The translations under genes were made by a program, and so were the position numbers. From positions 1-39,673 of IMG/VR virus record IMGVR_UViG_3300023293_000036: 39,673 nt of DNA; one strand, 5' to 3'. Source of the stretch: a virus (Duplodnaviria > Caudoviricetes). Under the pieces are notes generated by a model that was not told where the DNA came from, ran no database searches, and saw only the letters and a program-made list of their open reading frames with translations. Shown one piece after another: positions 9,142 to 19,033 of this stretch. How positions within the stretch are numbered: the first letter of the stretch is position 1; each line of letters begins with the position of its first letter.

Positions 9142-9492
9142 TTACTTACCGAAGAATTTAGAGACTGACCTCATCCCTATGCTGGCACTCACTATCCCTC
9201 CGAGGGAATATTGATACCACGTTGGCATGGACTGAAGTGAGGTAAACCCAGCTTGTACTATTTGATTACCCCAATCACCACAGAAGGCTAGTATCAGGGG
9301 AATACTGAAGAGTAGAGTTATCCATTCGTCCTTCCAGCTATTCTGTGTAGCTTGTATGGCTGCTATGTCCCAGTCAAGCTCACCAGTAAGCTGCTTCTTC
9401 TTTATCTCAGCTTCTGTTAGTTTAAGCTGTGTCTTACTGTCGATTATACTAGCAGCTAGTCCACCGATAGAACTTATGATCTGACCTATCAT
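9142..9492 (-). CDS. Putative holin (GTA-type 3TM holin-like)
   Basis: SWKDEWITLLFSIPLILAF, PTWYQYSLGGIVSASIGMR hydrophobic segments, basic C-terminus; in the lysis block. Confidence 0.65.
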   Translation of the reverse strand: MIGQIISSIGGLAASIIDSKTQLKLTEAEIKKKQLTGELDWDIAAIQATQNSWKDEWITLLFSIPLILAFCGDWGNQIVQAGFTSLQSMPTWYQYSLGGIVSASIGMRSVSKFFGK

Positions 9493-9728
9493 TTGCTGTA
9501 TTTCTCCTCGTGTATGACCCTAGTGGGGGTTACCGTAGCCTTAGACTCCTTGCCCATCCATATGCCAAAGCACCCCGTAAGAGCGCCCATACATACCGAT
9601 ACAAGACCACTTTGGGCTACGCTGGGGTCAGGTAGCGACATAAACCAATGTACAGCTTGATACGTCAGTATAGTGACTGCCAGCATCATTAACCTTGGTA
9701 AGACTTTCCAGTCATCAAGTATTGTCAT
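9489..9728 (-). CDS. Two-TM small membrane protein (79 aa), lysis block
   Basis: MTILDDWKVLPRLMML...; two hydrophobic helices. Start at 9728 overlaps the upstream stop. Confidence 0.65.
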   Translation of the reverse strand: MTILDDWKVLPRLMMLAVTILTYQAVHWFMSLPDPSVAQSGLVSVCMGALTGCFGIWMGKESKATVTPTRVIHEEKYSK

Positions 9729-10195
9729 TACCATTTCCCCTGTTGTTGACCTATTATATAAAGAACTACGCCTAACCCAGCGATTCCAGCTAGGACTATT
9801 ACCCCACCAAAAAACCAAGTGATCAGGGCCTGCTTCAGTTCCGCCTTTCTATAGGTAGTCTTCCTTCTTTGGGCGCGCACTTGACGAAGCGTGTCTTTGT
9901 ATTCCTGTAGACCGTCCATCCCGTAGGTAAACTGCACAAGTATTTCAACCTCTTTCCGAAGAGCCTGCATTCTCTTGTGTGCTGAGAAAGCGTCAATCGC
10001 TTGTTGTTCAGCCGAGCCAGTGAGGGTTGCAAATATTCCGGGATTCTTGGCCTTGTCTGCCGCATAATTCACGTCTGACACAGCCCCCGCAAACTTAGAT
10101 AAGGCACTTGAAGCATCACGACCTGCAAGCATTAAGGACTTTATGTTGCTTACAGCACTTGCCGCGACTGAAATAGCTGTAATCGGATCAATCAT
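9728..10195 (-). CDS. Hypothetical protein with C-terminal TM helix (155 aa)
   Basis: MIDPITAISVA N-terminus, helical middle, C-terminal hydrophobic segment. Confidence 0.7.
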   Translation of the reverse strand: MIDPITAISVAASAVSNIKSLMLAGRDASSALSKFAGAVSDVNYAADKAKNPGIFATLTGSAEQQAIDAFSAHKRMQALRKEVEILVQFTYGMDGLQEYKDTLRQVRAQRRKTTYRKAELKQALITWFFGGVIVLAGIAGLGVVLYIIGQQQGKW

Positions 10196-10364
10196 TATCT
10201 AAGTACCCCTTAGGACAAACATAGTTGTAGCTAACTTTATAAACTTTGTCATACCAACCACCGTTCTTAGTAAGTCCACAATCGTAGTAGCAGTATTGAA
10301 ACAACCGATTACCATCATTAGTCCAAGCGTGATTAAAGGAAACTAAGGCTAGTACGCATAGCAC
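10188..10364 (-). CDS. Small Cys/Tyr-rich protein (58 aa, not in ORF track)
   Basis: GTG start overlapping the upstream stop; MLCVLALVSFNHAWTNDGNRLFQYCYYDCGLTKNGGWYDKVYKVSYNYVCPKGYLDND*; fills the gap. Confidence 0.6.
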   Translation of the reverse strand: MLCVLALVSFNHAWTNDGNRLFQYCYYDCGLTKNGGWYDKVYKVSYNYVCPKGYLDND

Positions 10365-10633
10365 TACTCAACACCCCAGCTACGCTCCATCATAACACGT
10401 ATGGACTTTATATTCTCATCAATACGACCCATAGTTACAGCTTGTTGTTGTACTACCAATTCCAAGGTATTGATACGTGCTTCGTGGCGCATTAGGTCTC
10501 TAGTGTTATTGTCAATCGAACTGTTTAGTGAGGATACAAACCACACAAGAGCAATGGTCTGAGCCAATATGGCTAGTATAAAGGTTAGAGGGATTGATTT
10601 ATTTAGGTGCCACGGAGTATCTTCCATAATCAT
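10364..10633 (-). CDS. Membrane-anchored coiled-coil protein (holin/spanin-like candidate)
   Basis: One N-terminal TM followed by a heptad-rich segment; directly downstream of the endolysin. Confidence 0.55.
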   Translation of the reverse strand: MIMEDTPWHLNKSIPLTFILAILAQTIALVWFVSSLNSSIDNNTRDLMRHEARINTLELVVQQQAVTMGRIDENIKSIRVMMERSWGVE

Positions 10634-11055
10634 TTCCTTGGTATTTCAAAGTGTGGTAGATCGTAGAACTTACCATCGTAAGCTGCTACAAGTTCTTCTG
10701 ATGTTCCTTCCCATTCACGTAGGTCTTTTACCCTCCAGTTACCACCCCAGCGCAAGGCTATGTCTTCATCCTTACACGCTTGTATAACTGCATCAGCTAC
10801 GGGATAAAAGTCTTCCCATTCCCACGACACAGGGTAAGGTACTAAGTCTATAGCATCCCCTGTTAGGTGTCGTGACTTCATCGTTTGTGACTTACCAGAT
10901 TTGAACAACTCACGTTGACGAACCTCAGATCGAATACCTTCGATGATCGTGAAGTCCCTTGAGCTAATCTCAATGGCACGTTTCATAACTTGTACCATGT
11001 CAGGGTTTACACCTGAGAGCCTCTGTAGGCTACGTGTTCCTAGTTTGTATGACAT
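10630..11055 (-). CDS. Endolysin, peptidase M15 (L-Ala-D-Glu peptidase-like)
   Basis: EGIRSEVRQ, SRHLTGDAID, RWGGNW, DLPHFE Zn-peptidase motifs. Confidence 0.92.
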   Translation of the reverse strand: MSYKLGTRSLQRLSGVNPDMVQVMKRAIEISSRDFTIIEGIRSEVRQRELFKSGKSQTMKSRHLTGDAIDLVPYPVSWEWEDFYPVADAVIQACKDEDIALRWGGNWRVKDLREWEGTSEELVAAYDGKFYDLPHFEIPRK

Positions 11056-11065
11056 TAGTTATTCC

Positions 11066-11479
11066 TTATTCTGGTGTAGTAGGCCAAGTTACATCATAGG
11101 GAAAACCCGATTGCTCGGTTATATCAAGGAGCATAACCCTATAGTCAACCCATTCGACCTGCTTATCTGCCGCCATGTCAGCCCAGCGAAGGGGATTACT
11201 TACAACAGCATCGACTTCAAGTAACAGTTGGTCACGATCTGCACGAACTTGCGCCGCCGCTTTTGTGTCCAACTCAGCCTGTGTAGGCGCAACATAGGCT
11301 GCGAAGTCTGTACCAATTAGAGCCATGACTTCATCGTTGTCGATGGTTGTGTCTGTGTCATAGTCAGTCAGCAGGTAGGGTATCCATCCGTAGTCTGGAT
11401 GGTTAATCTCAACGTCGATGCTAGTGTTGGCAGCATTCATTGATTGTGCGTTACGCACTTCTGTAATTGTTATAATCAT
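11066..11479 (-). CDS. Tail fibre assembly chaperone (copy 1)
   Basis: VRADRDQLL...W..YR..LLDITEQSGFP..VTWPT.P, a typical Tfa/gp38-like C-terminus; follows a fibre gene. Confidence 0.8.
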   Translation of the reverse strand: MIITITEVRNAQSMNAANTSIDVEINHPDYGWIPYLLTDYDTDTTIDNDEVMALIGTDFAAYVAPTQAELDTKAAAQVRADRDQLLLEVDAVVSNPLRWADMAADKQVEWVDYRVMLLDITEQSGFPYDVTWPTTPE

Positions 11480-11480
11480 T

Positions 11481-12104
11481 TTAAGAAATCCTTACGAATA
11501 CAGTAAATTTATCATTAGAGAAGCCGCCGTTGGTGTTACCCATTGCTCTCCAAGTTCCGGAGGCAGTCGCACCTGTTGTAGGCGAAATGTTGTTACCACC
11601 AGAGCGAGTTACACCGCCGTATAAAAATCCCGAATAAGAGCTACCTTCCACTACGTTTACCCCGGTGTTCCTCAAGAAAGCATAAGTCCCAACAGCACCA
11701 AGGGCGGTGGACTGCGCTGGCGCGTTGGCTAGAATAGAGGCTTTAACCTTAGCTGGCGAAACAAGGCTCTCAGTAGTCCCTGTGCCAGTCTCCCAAGTGG
11801 CTGTCGCTTGATCCCCAAGTAACCCTGCTGTAACACCAGCAGTTGTAGCTACAATCGTATCATCTAGTATCTTAAATTCGTTAGAAGACTGATCTACATA
11901 CCCTATACTAGACCAAGCATCGTCAGCCTCAGACCTGATCTTTAAGATTTGAGTTGTTGTATCATACCAAAACATATTAGCATAAGTTGTAGCAGGTTCA
12001 GTAGTCCCACTGTTAGTGCTTCCCAGTGCTTGTAACGCACTGTTAATATCCGAACGGGTCAGGGGAAAAGTTTGGTTTGAGATCACCAGATCATTTTGAG
12101 ACAT
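11481..12104 (-). CDS. Short tail fibre protein (207 aa)
   Basis: N-terminal RSDINSALQALGSTNSG anchor; C-terminal GAVGTY...GTWRAMG...FVRIS tip domain; followed by a chaperone. Confidence 0.75.
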   Translation of the reverse strand: MSQNDLVISNQTFPLTRSDINSALQALGSTNSGTTEPATTYANMFWYDTTTQILKIRSEADDAWSSIGYVDQSSNEFKILDDTIVATTAGVTAGLLGDQATATWETGTGTTESLVSPAKVKASILANAPAQSTALGAVGTYAFLRNTGVNVVEGSSYSGFLYGGVTRSGGNNISPTTGATASGTWRAMGNTNGGFSNDKFTVFVRIS

Positions 12105-14624
12105 TTAGTTATACTCCACATAAGCAGTTAGCGCAGAAATAGACGGGGTTACATCGTTAGAGGTAGAGGTCAGCTTTATTTTGAACCTAAATGCTCTAGC
12201 ACTAATATCTGCAATTTTAATCGGGGTGTAATCTGACCAAGTAGGGGAACTAGCGGGGTTATCTTGCGTAAAAGACACGTATGTTATTACATCTGTGTCA
12301 GCAAACTGAGCATCACCACCCAAGTCATCGAACAGGCCGGGGGCATCATTGAACAGGCCGGGGGCATCATCAAATAACCCAGCAGAGTTATCATGTCTTT
12401 CTGTAGTGCCACTTACATACACACGACACCTTTTGACAGAACTATCTGTCGTCTGAATATAGTTGCTAAAAAGATACTCACCCTCCAATGGAGCCGATGA
12501 GTAGCTACTGAGGCGAAGTTTAGCGCCAACGACAGCAGTGTTCGTCTTAGTCCCAGTGAACGCTGTACTGTCTGTTAGGGTCAAGCTGTTAGTTAGTGGC
12601 TCAATATTAGCTACAGGGACAACTACTGATGTGTAGTTTTCAGAACTAATACCAGATTTATCATAAGCTCTAACAAGGTAAGTTCCAGACCTAGCGGGAA
12701 CAGATACACTAGACGCTGGCCTTGGAACCTTGTCCACATAAGTTATTGCGTTAGCCCAAGTTGCATCTAAAAGATCAGGTGAGTATCTGATGCGATAAAA
12801 CGAAAGGTCTAAGTCAGGGGTTGGGTTCCAGTCGAGCGTAATAACAGAGCCATTTACTTCAGCAACAAAACCTGTGACATCTGAGGGAGGTGCAAGCAAA
12901 CCTGAAGCGTTAATATCATCAAGATTAGACCAAGCACCCTTGATTCCAAAGGTATTAATTGCCCTAGCTCTAAAGTCATAGTCACCGTCTTCTAGGTCAA
13001 TAGCCTCAAAATCACCAAGCTGCCCTGTACCTAGAGTAATCCAGTCAGTGTTGGTTGATAGCCTGAACTCAGCTTCAACGTAGTCGACCCTCTCTGGCGC
13101 ACCAGAGGTTACATTGAGGGTGATGATGTTAGTCAGCTTCTCACGAATAACCTGAGTTCTTGTTGTAGCCCCTAAACCTACTGAGGGAACATCAAATGGT
13201 GATAGGAGTGTTGTGTTATCTCTTTCGTAAACGACACCATCATCAACTTCATCGTATACAGATTCAGCAGTTTCTCTCAAGGTCATGTTGATCTGTAAGT
13301 CAAGGCCATCAGTAAGACCAAAACTCCAAGCTATAACTTGAAATTCTTTGTTAGTCCAACCAAACCTAGTGTTAGTTAACCTGATGTTATCACCAACCTG
13401 CAACTGCAAAGTCTTAAGACCAAAGGCTGCGTTGATGGTAAGCTGTTGCCTGTTACTCTCCAGCGAAATTCTGGCGATACGTCTAGCTTCGATAGAGTTA
13501 TCTGTAAATGGTAGATCAACATCAGCTACAGAGACTTGTCCGTTATCCGCTGCAATAGACGCTGCACTATTTACCTCTGGGTAATCTGTCGTCTGCCAGT
13601 TACTCTCTTCACCACGGAATGTACCCTTAACGGTGTTAAAGTTATTCCTACGAGAGTGACGTGTAGATACGCTGATACCAGAGCGAAGGTCATCTTCGTC
13701 AAGGTCTAATACAGGTGCAGTCCAATAGGCTGGTTTCATTCTCCAGCTACCCTGAGCATACCACAAGCTACCATCCATAGAGGTAAGTATAGAGTTAATC
13801 ATGTCGTAAGGAGTAGAGGCTGTAGTAAACGACCCATTACAAGTATAACGTGTTGTACCTGCATCTGTGTCAGTCTGGTCACATACGTTAGCAGCAGCAA
13901 TAACTAGGGTGTCGTCTATGTTAGCAGTCTCTTCAGCTATGCCATAAGAAGATGTAAGGTAGTCCCTCAAGCATAAAGCTGGGTTATCTGACCATGCTGT
14001 AGTGGATGTACGAGGGTCATAGACCTTCTTACCGCTAATGACATTGGTTATCTCAGGAATACCGTTAGGAAAAGCATCAGCATCAAACTGTAGGCGTATG
14101 TACATATAAGCAATGCCACGTAGCCTGTGTTGTGTTGTCCAATGTGCAGATTCACTTACTAGGAAGGTGTCTGCTGCCTGATCTGAGGCACCAAGGTGTA
14201 GTAAGATGCGAATCTTACCATTGTACTTACTTGGGGAGGTTACGTTACCACTACCATCTAGTGTGACAATCTCATCGTTAATATAGATTTCATCAAAGTC
14301 TTGTATCTCATGTCCAGCGACAGCAATAATACGGTGTAGATACTTATTGTTTGTACCTGTAGCTTCATCGTATATACGAGCGCCACCAACACGCATCTTA
14401 CCATAGATGATCTGGTGGTCTAGTGCTGTGCCAATAGCTGTAGTTTGATAGCCACGGTTAGAACCACCAAAGGAAGGCTTAGGCATCAGTGCTCTCATGG
14501 CTGCACCAAGGACTACAGTAGTTACAAGACCTACAAGAAAGGCACTTGAGGCAACAGTAAGACCTATTGCAACCCCAAACGATGAGGCAATAATACCTGC
14601 ACCAATAGCAGTAAAGACAACCAT
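12105..14624 (-). CDS. Central tail tip / host-specificity protein (lambda J-like)
   Basis: IIYGKMRVGG, GKKVYDPR, SDNPALCLRDYL, FnIII-like YDFRARAINTFG and YLVRAYD repeats; 839 aa. Confidence 0.85.
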   Translation of the reverse strand: MVVFTAIGAGIIASSFGVAIGLTVASSAFLVGLVTTVVLGAAMRALMPKPSFGGSNRGYQTTAIGTALDHQIIYGKMRVGGARIYDEATGTNNKYLHRIIAVAGHEIQDFDEIYINDEIVTLDGSGNVTSPSKYNGKIRILLHLGASDQAADTFLVSESAHWTTQHRLRGIAYMYIRLQFDADAFPNGIPEITNVISGKKVYDPRTSTTAWSDNPALCLRDYLTSSYGIAEETANIDDTLVIAAANVCDQTDTDAGTTRYTCNGSFTTASTPYDMINSILTSMDGSLWYAQGSWRMKPAYWTAPVLDLDEDDLRSGISVSTRHSRRNNFNTVKGTFRGEESNWQTTDYPEVNSAASIAADNGQVSVADVDLPFTDNSIEARRIARISLESNRQQLTINAAFGLKTLQLQVGDNIRLTNTRFGWTNKEFQVIAWSFGLTDGLDLQINMTLRETAESVYDEVDDGVVYERDNTTLLSPFDVPSVGLGATTRTQVIREKLTNIITLNVTSGAPERVDYVEAEFRLSTNTDWITLGTGQLGDFEAIDLEDGDYDFRARAINTFGIKGAWSNLDDINASGLLAPPSDVTGFVAEVNGSVITLDWNPTPDLDLSFYRIRYSPDLLDATWANAITYVDKVPRPASSVSVPARSGTYLVRAYDKSGISSENYTSVVVPVANIEPLTNSLTLTDSTAFTGTKTNTAVVGAKLRLSSYSSAPLEGEYLFSNYIQTTDSSVKRCRVYVSGTTERHDNSAGLFDDAPGLFNDAPGLFDDLGGDAQFADTDVITYVSFTQDNPASSPTWSDYTPIKIADISARAFRFKIKLTSTSNDVTPSISALTAYVEYN

Positions 14625-14625
14625 A

Positions 14626-15069
14626 TTATAATACCTTCTCGTACTTAGTTTCTACCTCATGGTATCCCATGCGAGTAAGAAAGTTTCCTATGGGGCTTTT
14701 TGCAGATGAAGACGCCAGCACTCTATATATGCCATCTTCTTTCATGCAGGTTTCTACAAATTTAAATAGCCGTTTACCAACTGTAGACTTTCTGTAGTCC
14801 TTGTGGACATATACTGCATCGTAGACACCCATCAGTTCATGTTTAGTTGTCAAAGGTGACACAACAATAACTACAAAGTACCCAATCAACAGTTCATCTT
14901 TTCTAGCGGTAAAGAACTTAAGTTGTCCCGCATCCTCTAGTCTGTTGTATGAGTCCCAATCTATGTGGAGTTCCTGTGTTGGGTGTCCAGATTCTTCCCA
15001 CTCTAATATAGCTAGTGGTGTTACTTCATCTTCAGATTGACTTAAGAACTCTTGTCTATAATCAACCAT
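14626..15069 (-). CDS. GNAT-family acetyltransferase within the tail tip module
   Basis: AVYVHKDYRKSTVGKRLFKFVE (motif A-like) and FLTRMGY (motif B-like). Start ATG 15069. Confidence 0.75.
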   Translation of the reverse strand: MVDYRQEFLSQSEDEVTPLAILEWEESGHPTQELHIDWDSYNRLEDAGQLKFFTARKDELLIGYFVVIVVSPLTTKHELMGVYDAVYVHKDYRKSTVGKRLFKFVETCMKEDGIYRVLASSSAKSPIGNFLTRMGYHEVETKYEKVL

Positions 15070-15622
15070 TAGAGGCTCTACCCCACGGTATTTTCTTATC
15101 TTGTAGGTCTTCAATGAAGTCTAGCCCAAGGTCACCGGGGTAAACTGACTTCTGATAACCAGAGGTGAACCTAGCAACTCTAGCCCTCTCCAAGTCAATC
15201 AGTTTGTTCTCCACCATAAGCTCAATGGTAGATGTCTCAGCACCCTCTTCAATATTCATCTGATCCATGTAACCCGAGAATATTTGATTTAAGGATGTCG
15301 TAACCCCAGTTCCAAAGTATATGTTACACACACGGCCTTGGTATTGTTGATTGAGTGCTAAAGACAACGTATTAGATGGCACACCACTTAGAGTAATACT
15401 TGCTCCTTTAACAGCCATCTCTGAGGTTTCTTCAACGGAGGATATATTAAGTAGATTACCCAAACCTACCCACTCAGTTCCATCAGGCAAAGTTAAAGTT
15501 CCTTGCCCAGTCCACATGCGTAATACGTTAAGCCCATCAAACAATAGCTCAACGGCAAAGAACGGGTAGACTGTATCAGCAGAAATGTCGGTTATTGTTT
15601 GAGGTGTCAGGACTCTTGACAT
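15062..15622 (-). CDS. Minor tail / hub protein (lambda L-like position)
   Basis: LRMWTG, FSGYMDQM, YPGDLGLDFI..LQDK.IPWG; lies between the distal tail and J-like genes. Confidence 0.7.
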   Translation of the reverse strand: MSRVLTPQTITDISADTVYPFFAVELLFDGLNVLRMWTGQGTLTLPDGTEWVGLGNLLNISSVEETSEMAVKGASITLSGVPSNTLSLALNQQYQGRVCNIYFGTGVTTSLNQIFSGYMDQMNIEEGAETSTIELMVENKLIDLERARVARFTSGYQKSVYPGDLGLDFIEDLQDKKIPWGRASNG

Positions 15623-15631
15623 TGTACTTCC

Positions 15632-16219
15632 TTATATCACAGCTTCGACAGCTTCAAACGAGATGCCATATGTTGACGCATTGTTTATCGACCATGAGGT
15701 CACATTAGTTGAGAGCCTGAAGACACCCTTAGGGGAATTAAAGGTTACAGTAGAGCTTGTGTAGTCAGACCTAAGTGAAGGCCATAACTCTAGGCTACCA
15801 TCACCACTTTGATCTAAGAGTACCTGATGTAGTTTAGCTGATGAACCTGACCCAAGCTGAATGTAGTCACCCGCTAGTAGTGTGCCAGTCATAACGACAG
15901 TAGCTGAGTCAGAACCAGCAGTACCCGTAAGTACACACGAACTAACAGTACCCTGTGGTGTAGCATAGTCAGGATCACCTAAGAGGAACGTACCAGTTTG
16001 ACCCTTAAGTCCAACTAGCATAGCTTTCCACTGTGCAGCCTTATCACGATGTACCGAGGGAATACTAACTGATGCTTCCCACTTCTGCCCACCATGTGAG
16101 ATAGTCTGCTGCTTATATGTAAAAGGAGACTGAGAGACAGCTACAGCATTAACAGCCCTAAGCTCAATGCTCTCAATCCCGATAGATGTTGGTGTCGCTA
16201 GTGGATAGGTGATTGCCAT
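15632..16219 (-). CDS. Distal tail protein
   Basis: Immediately after the tape measure gene; SPFTYKQQ, G.WEASV, beta-rich. Confidence 0.65.
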   Translation of the reverse strand: MAITYPLATPTSIGIESIELRAVNAVAVSQSPFTYKQQTISHGGQKWEASVSIPSVHRDKAAQWKAMLVGLKGQTGTFLLGDPDYATPQGTVSSCVLTGTAGSDSATVVMTGTLLAGDYIQLGSGSSAKLHQVLLDQSGDGSLELWPSLRSDYTSSTVTFNSPKGVFRLSTNVTSWSINNASTYGISFEAVEAVI

Positions 16220-16230
16220 TGATTATTCCT

Positions 16231-18687
16231 TTAACCGAAGACTGACTTCATTTGACCACCACGACGACGATCATTCATTATTGATGCTTTAGCAGCTTGA
16301 GTTAAAGCTGGTTGAGCCTGTTGAATGGTCTGAGTAACAAGGCGCTTAGTATCCTCAGATGTATTTGCTGAGATACTGTAGTTGTTGGTAACGTATATGT
16401 CACCACTGCCACCTTCAGCTTGGACACCTAGCTTACCGTTAGCACCTCTCTTAAGTGGCATGATAGCTTCAGGGCCAGCTTCTCCCATGAGACCAGTCTT
16501 ACCGCCAGCCATAGGGAATGTCGTAGGTCCACCGACTATACCACCATCAGCGTAGGCTTTAACTTCAGATCCACCACTAATGACACCACCGTCAGCGAAA
16601 GGAATACCCATAGCCAACTTAAGTGCTTTAATAGCCACTTGCATGACGTAAACCTTGTAGAGTTCTCTGACAATCTCAGCAGCCATATTCCTGAAGGCGT
16701 CACTTACGGACTTAGTACCGTCAGACATAGCCATAAAGCCATCTTCTATTGAGCCAGTTATTGAATCTACTAACGCCTGTCGTCTTTGCTCAACAGCAAT
16801 TAGCTCATTGGTCTTGGTGATCTGAGCTTCCATTCGGGCGGCATCTTTAGGTGCTTTAGCTGCAAGGTCTACCCCAAGTGCTTGAAGAACCTTTTGCCTA
16901 GCTTCGGTCTTTCCAAAGAGTGCATCTTCTAAGTCAAGTTGCTTTTGGAAGGATGCTATAGTTTCTGCGTCTATCTCTGCTTGAGACTTACCAAACGGTG
17001 TTGTAGTTCCTGTAGGATCTTTTGGTGGGGTTCCAACAGTGCTACGCCCAGCGTACTTACGCATAGCTGTTGCTGCTGCACTGTTCTCCATTATTCTGTA
17101 AGTAATCTCACCTTGCTCTCTAAGCAGCCTGTTAGCTTCTTCGATAACCATATTGCCTTCAAGTAAAGACTTTATGTGAACTTCATCTACACCAGCTTGC
17201 TCAAGTTTAAGTGCTAAGTTCTCCCGCTCAAATCTTGCAGTCTGCCTAACGTAGTAACCTGTCTCTTTTCCAAACTTTACTTCTATCTGCTTTAAAGCTA
17301 TGGTTTGATTCTGTAGCCTTATTTGCTCTTCAGCAGAATCGTTAGCTTCTTTAGCAGCTTTAATCGCTGCTATTTGATCCCCTTTAGCTTTCTTTTCGTA
17401 GGCTGCGTTCTCAACTGCTAACTTCTTTTCCTCTGCCCCTCTTTGCTTATTGGCAGCGGCCCTATCAGCTTCAGACTTTATTACTTTCTGCGCTAAGTCA
17501 TAAGCTGCCATAGCCTCCTTAAGGTTTTTGCCTAATATGCCTTCGCTCTTCTTTTTTAGCTCGTAGTCTTCTCTTGCGTGTTTAGCTTTAACCTCATCCA
17601 GATTGACTCCAGCCTGAGCCACCTCAATTCTTCTAGTTTCTATTATAAGGCTGTCATTTAAGTTCTTCTTTATAGCCTGTACAGCCTTAAGTATTTTATC
17701 TTTTTTGGCTTCATCTTTTTCAGAGTATTCATAAACCAGCTTCATGGAATCCGAGGTATTTCTAGTTTCTGCCGCCGTTGTTGCCATTAAGCTCATTAGA
17801 ACTTCTTGTAACTCAGTTATTTGCTCTAGGTTCTTTGTATCTTCTCCATGAAGTTCTACATGCTCTTTTAGGAACTTACTAAGTTTGCCAGCGGCTTCAG
17901 CCTGAGCCTCAAGTGTACCTGCCGATTGAACAGCCATTAATGCCCTTGCATACTCACCAGCGTAAACTGCCATTTCTGCAACTGTGCCTTCAGTCAACCC
18001 AAGAAAATCCTGTGCAGAAGTAAGCGTCTTGGCTGAAAGGTGTGTAATCTCTTGGAAAGTGGGGACGAGGTTCAGGAAGCCACCCATCGTCATTTGCTTA
18101 CTGGTGGTCTCAAGAACCTTTCCTATGCCACCAAGTTCAGCGAGTTGTTTCTTTATGCTAATGCCTTCTATAGCTTTAAGTGCCTCTATTATTAACCTTG
18201 CTTCTACAACTAATTTTCCAAACTCTTTAGACAAACCATCTGAGTCTGCAATTTTATCTGACAGACTCTTGTATTTAGTTAGAGCGTCAGTTAGGTTACC
18301 TACCTCTTTAGATGCACCCATCAAAGAATTTACTAAAAGCCCCCCTACAGCGGAGCCGATAGCAATAACAGCACCAATGACAGCGCCTTTGGGGCCAAAG
18401 ACCCCGGCAAACTGAGAACCCTGTTGACCAAATGCTGTAAAGAAACTCGTACCACTTTGAAGCTGAACCACGAAATCCTGAAGTTGGTAGCCACCTTGCT
18501 GTAGCTGCATGTTAAAGGTATTCATCTTCTTGCCGCCGTTTTTAGCAACAGCTCCGAACTGGTTCATACCTCTTGTAGCTTTATCAATGCCTTTCTTAGC
18601 TACTTTGCCAGAATTGCCTAACTGATCAACCCTATTTGTTGCGGTGGCAACTTCAGAGGAATCTACTATGATCTTAATATCAGCCAT
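16231..18687 (-). CDS. Tail tape measure protein (818 aa)
   Basis: QLQDFVVQLQSG...QQGSQ N-terminal motif, long Ala/Glu/Lys helical body, C-terminal FADGG...MGEAGPEAIMPL. Confidence 0.92.
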   Translation of the reverse strand: MADIKIIVDSSEVATATNRVDQLGNSGKVAKKGIDKATRGMNQFGAVAKNGGKKMNTFNMQLQQGGYQLQDFVVQLQSGTSFFTAFGQQGSQFAGVFGPKGAVIGAVIAIGSAVGGLLVNSLMGASKEVGNLTDALTKYKSLSDKIADSDGLSKEFGKLVVEARLIIEALKAIEGISIKKQLAELGGIGKVLETTSKQMTMGGFLNLVPTFQEITHLSAKTLTSAQDFLGLTEGTVAEMAVYAGEYARALMAVQSAGTLEAQAEAAGKLSKFLKEHVELHGEDTKNLEQITELQEVLMSLMATTAAETRNTSDSMKLVYEYSEKDEAKKDKILKAVQAIKKNLNDSLIIETRRIEVAQAGVNLDEVKAKHAREDYELKKKSEGILGKNLKEAMAAYDLAQKVIKSEADRAAANKQRGAEEKKLAVENAAYEKKAKGDQIAAIKAAKEANDSAEEQIRLQNQTIALKQIEVKFGKETGYYVRQTARFERENLALKLEQAGVDEVHIKSLLEGNMVIEEANRLLREQGEITYRIMENSAAATAMRKYAGRSTVGTPPKDPTGTTTPFGKSQAEIDAETIASFQKQLDLEDALFGKTEARQKVLQALGVDLAAKAPKDAARMEAQITKTNELIAVEQRRQALVDSITGSIEDGFMAMSDGTKSVSDAFRNMAAEIVRELYKVYVMQVAIKALKLAMGIPFADGGVISGGSEVKAYADGGIVGGPTTFPMAGGKTGLMGEAGPEAIMPLKRGANGKLGVQAEGGSGDIYVTNNYSISANTSEDTKRLVTQTIQQAQPALTQAAKASIMNDRRRGGQMKSVFG

Positions 18688-19033
18688 TTGCCACCCTTAA
18701 ATATTCTAGGTCTACTCTCTTGATAGCCTCAATCTCCCAAGGCTCAATAGATGCTTCCGTAAGTTCTTTCCACGCTTTAATCTGCTCAAAGGTTATTGGT
18801 GCTGGGCCACTAAAGCCTGACCCTCTACTAGAGCTTAAAGCAATAAAGGCAGACCAGACATGAGATATAAGCGCAGGAAAGGGTGTCGGGGGTTCCAATG
18901 CTTCTACTCTACGTCCAGTCTGCCTCTCTACTTGTTCAAGATGTTCTCGTTCTGTAGTGCCGTTCTGATCTGGCCTGTTGAGTTTAAACTGGTGATTAGA
19001 CCACTCAACAAGCTCACAGATCAGACCTTCATA
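18680..19033 (-). CDS. Tail assembly chaperone T segment (expressed by -1 frameshift from the upstream G gene)
   Basis: -1 frame is open from the slippery site GGATTTT (19039-19033) to the stop at 18680; position just before the TMP gene. Confidence 0.75.
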   Translation of the reverse strand, partial: YEGLICELVEWSNHQFKLNRPDQNGTTEREHLEQVERQTGRRVEALEPPTPFPALISHVWSAFIALSSSRGSGFSGPAPITFEQIKAWKELTEASIEPWEIEAIKRVDLEYLRVANG

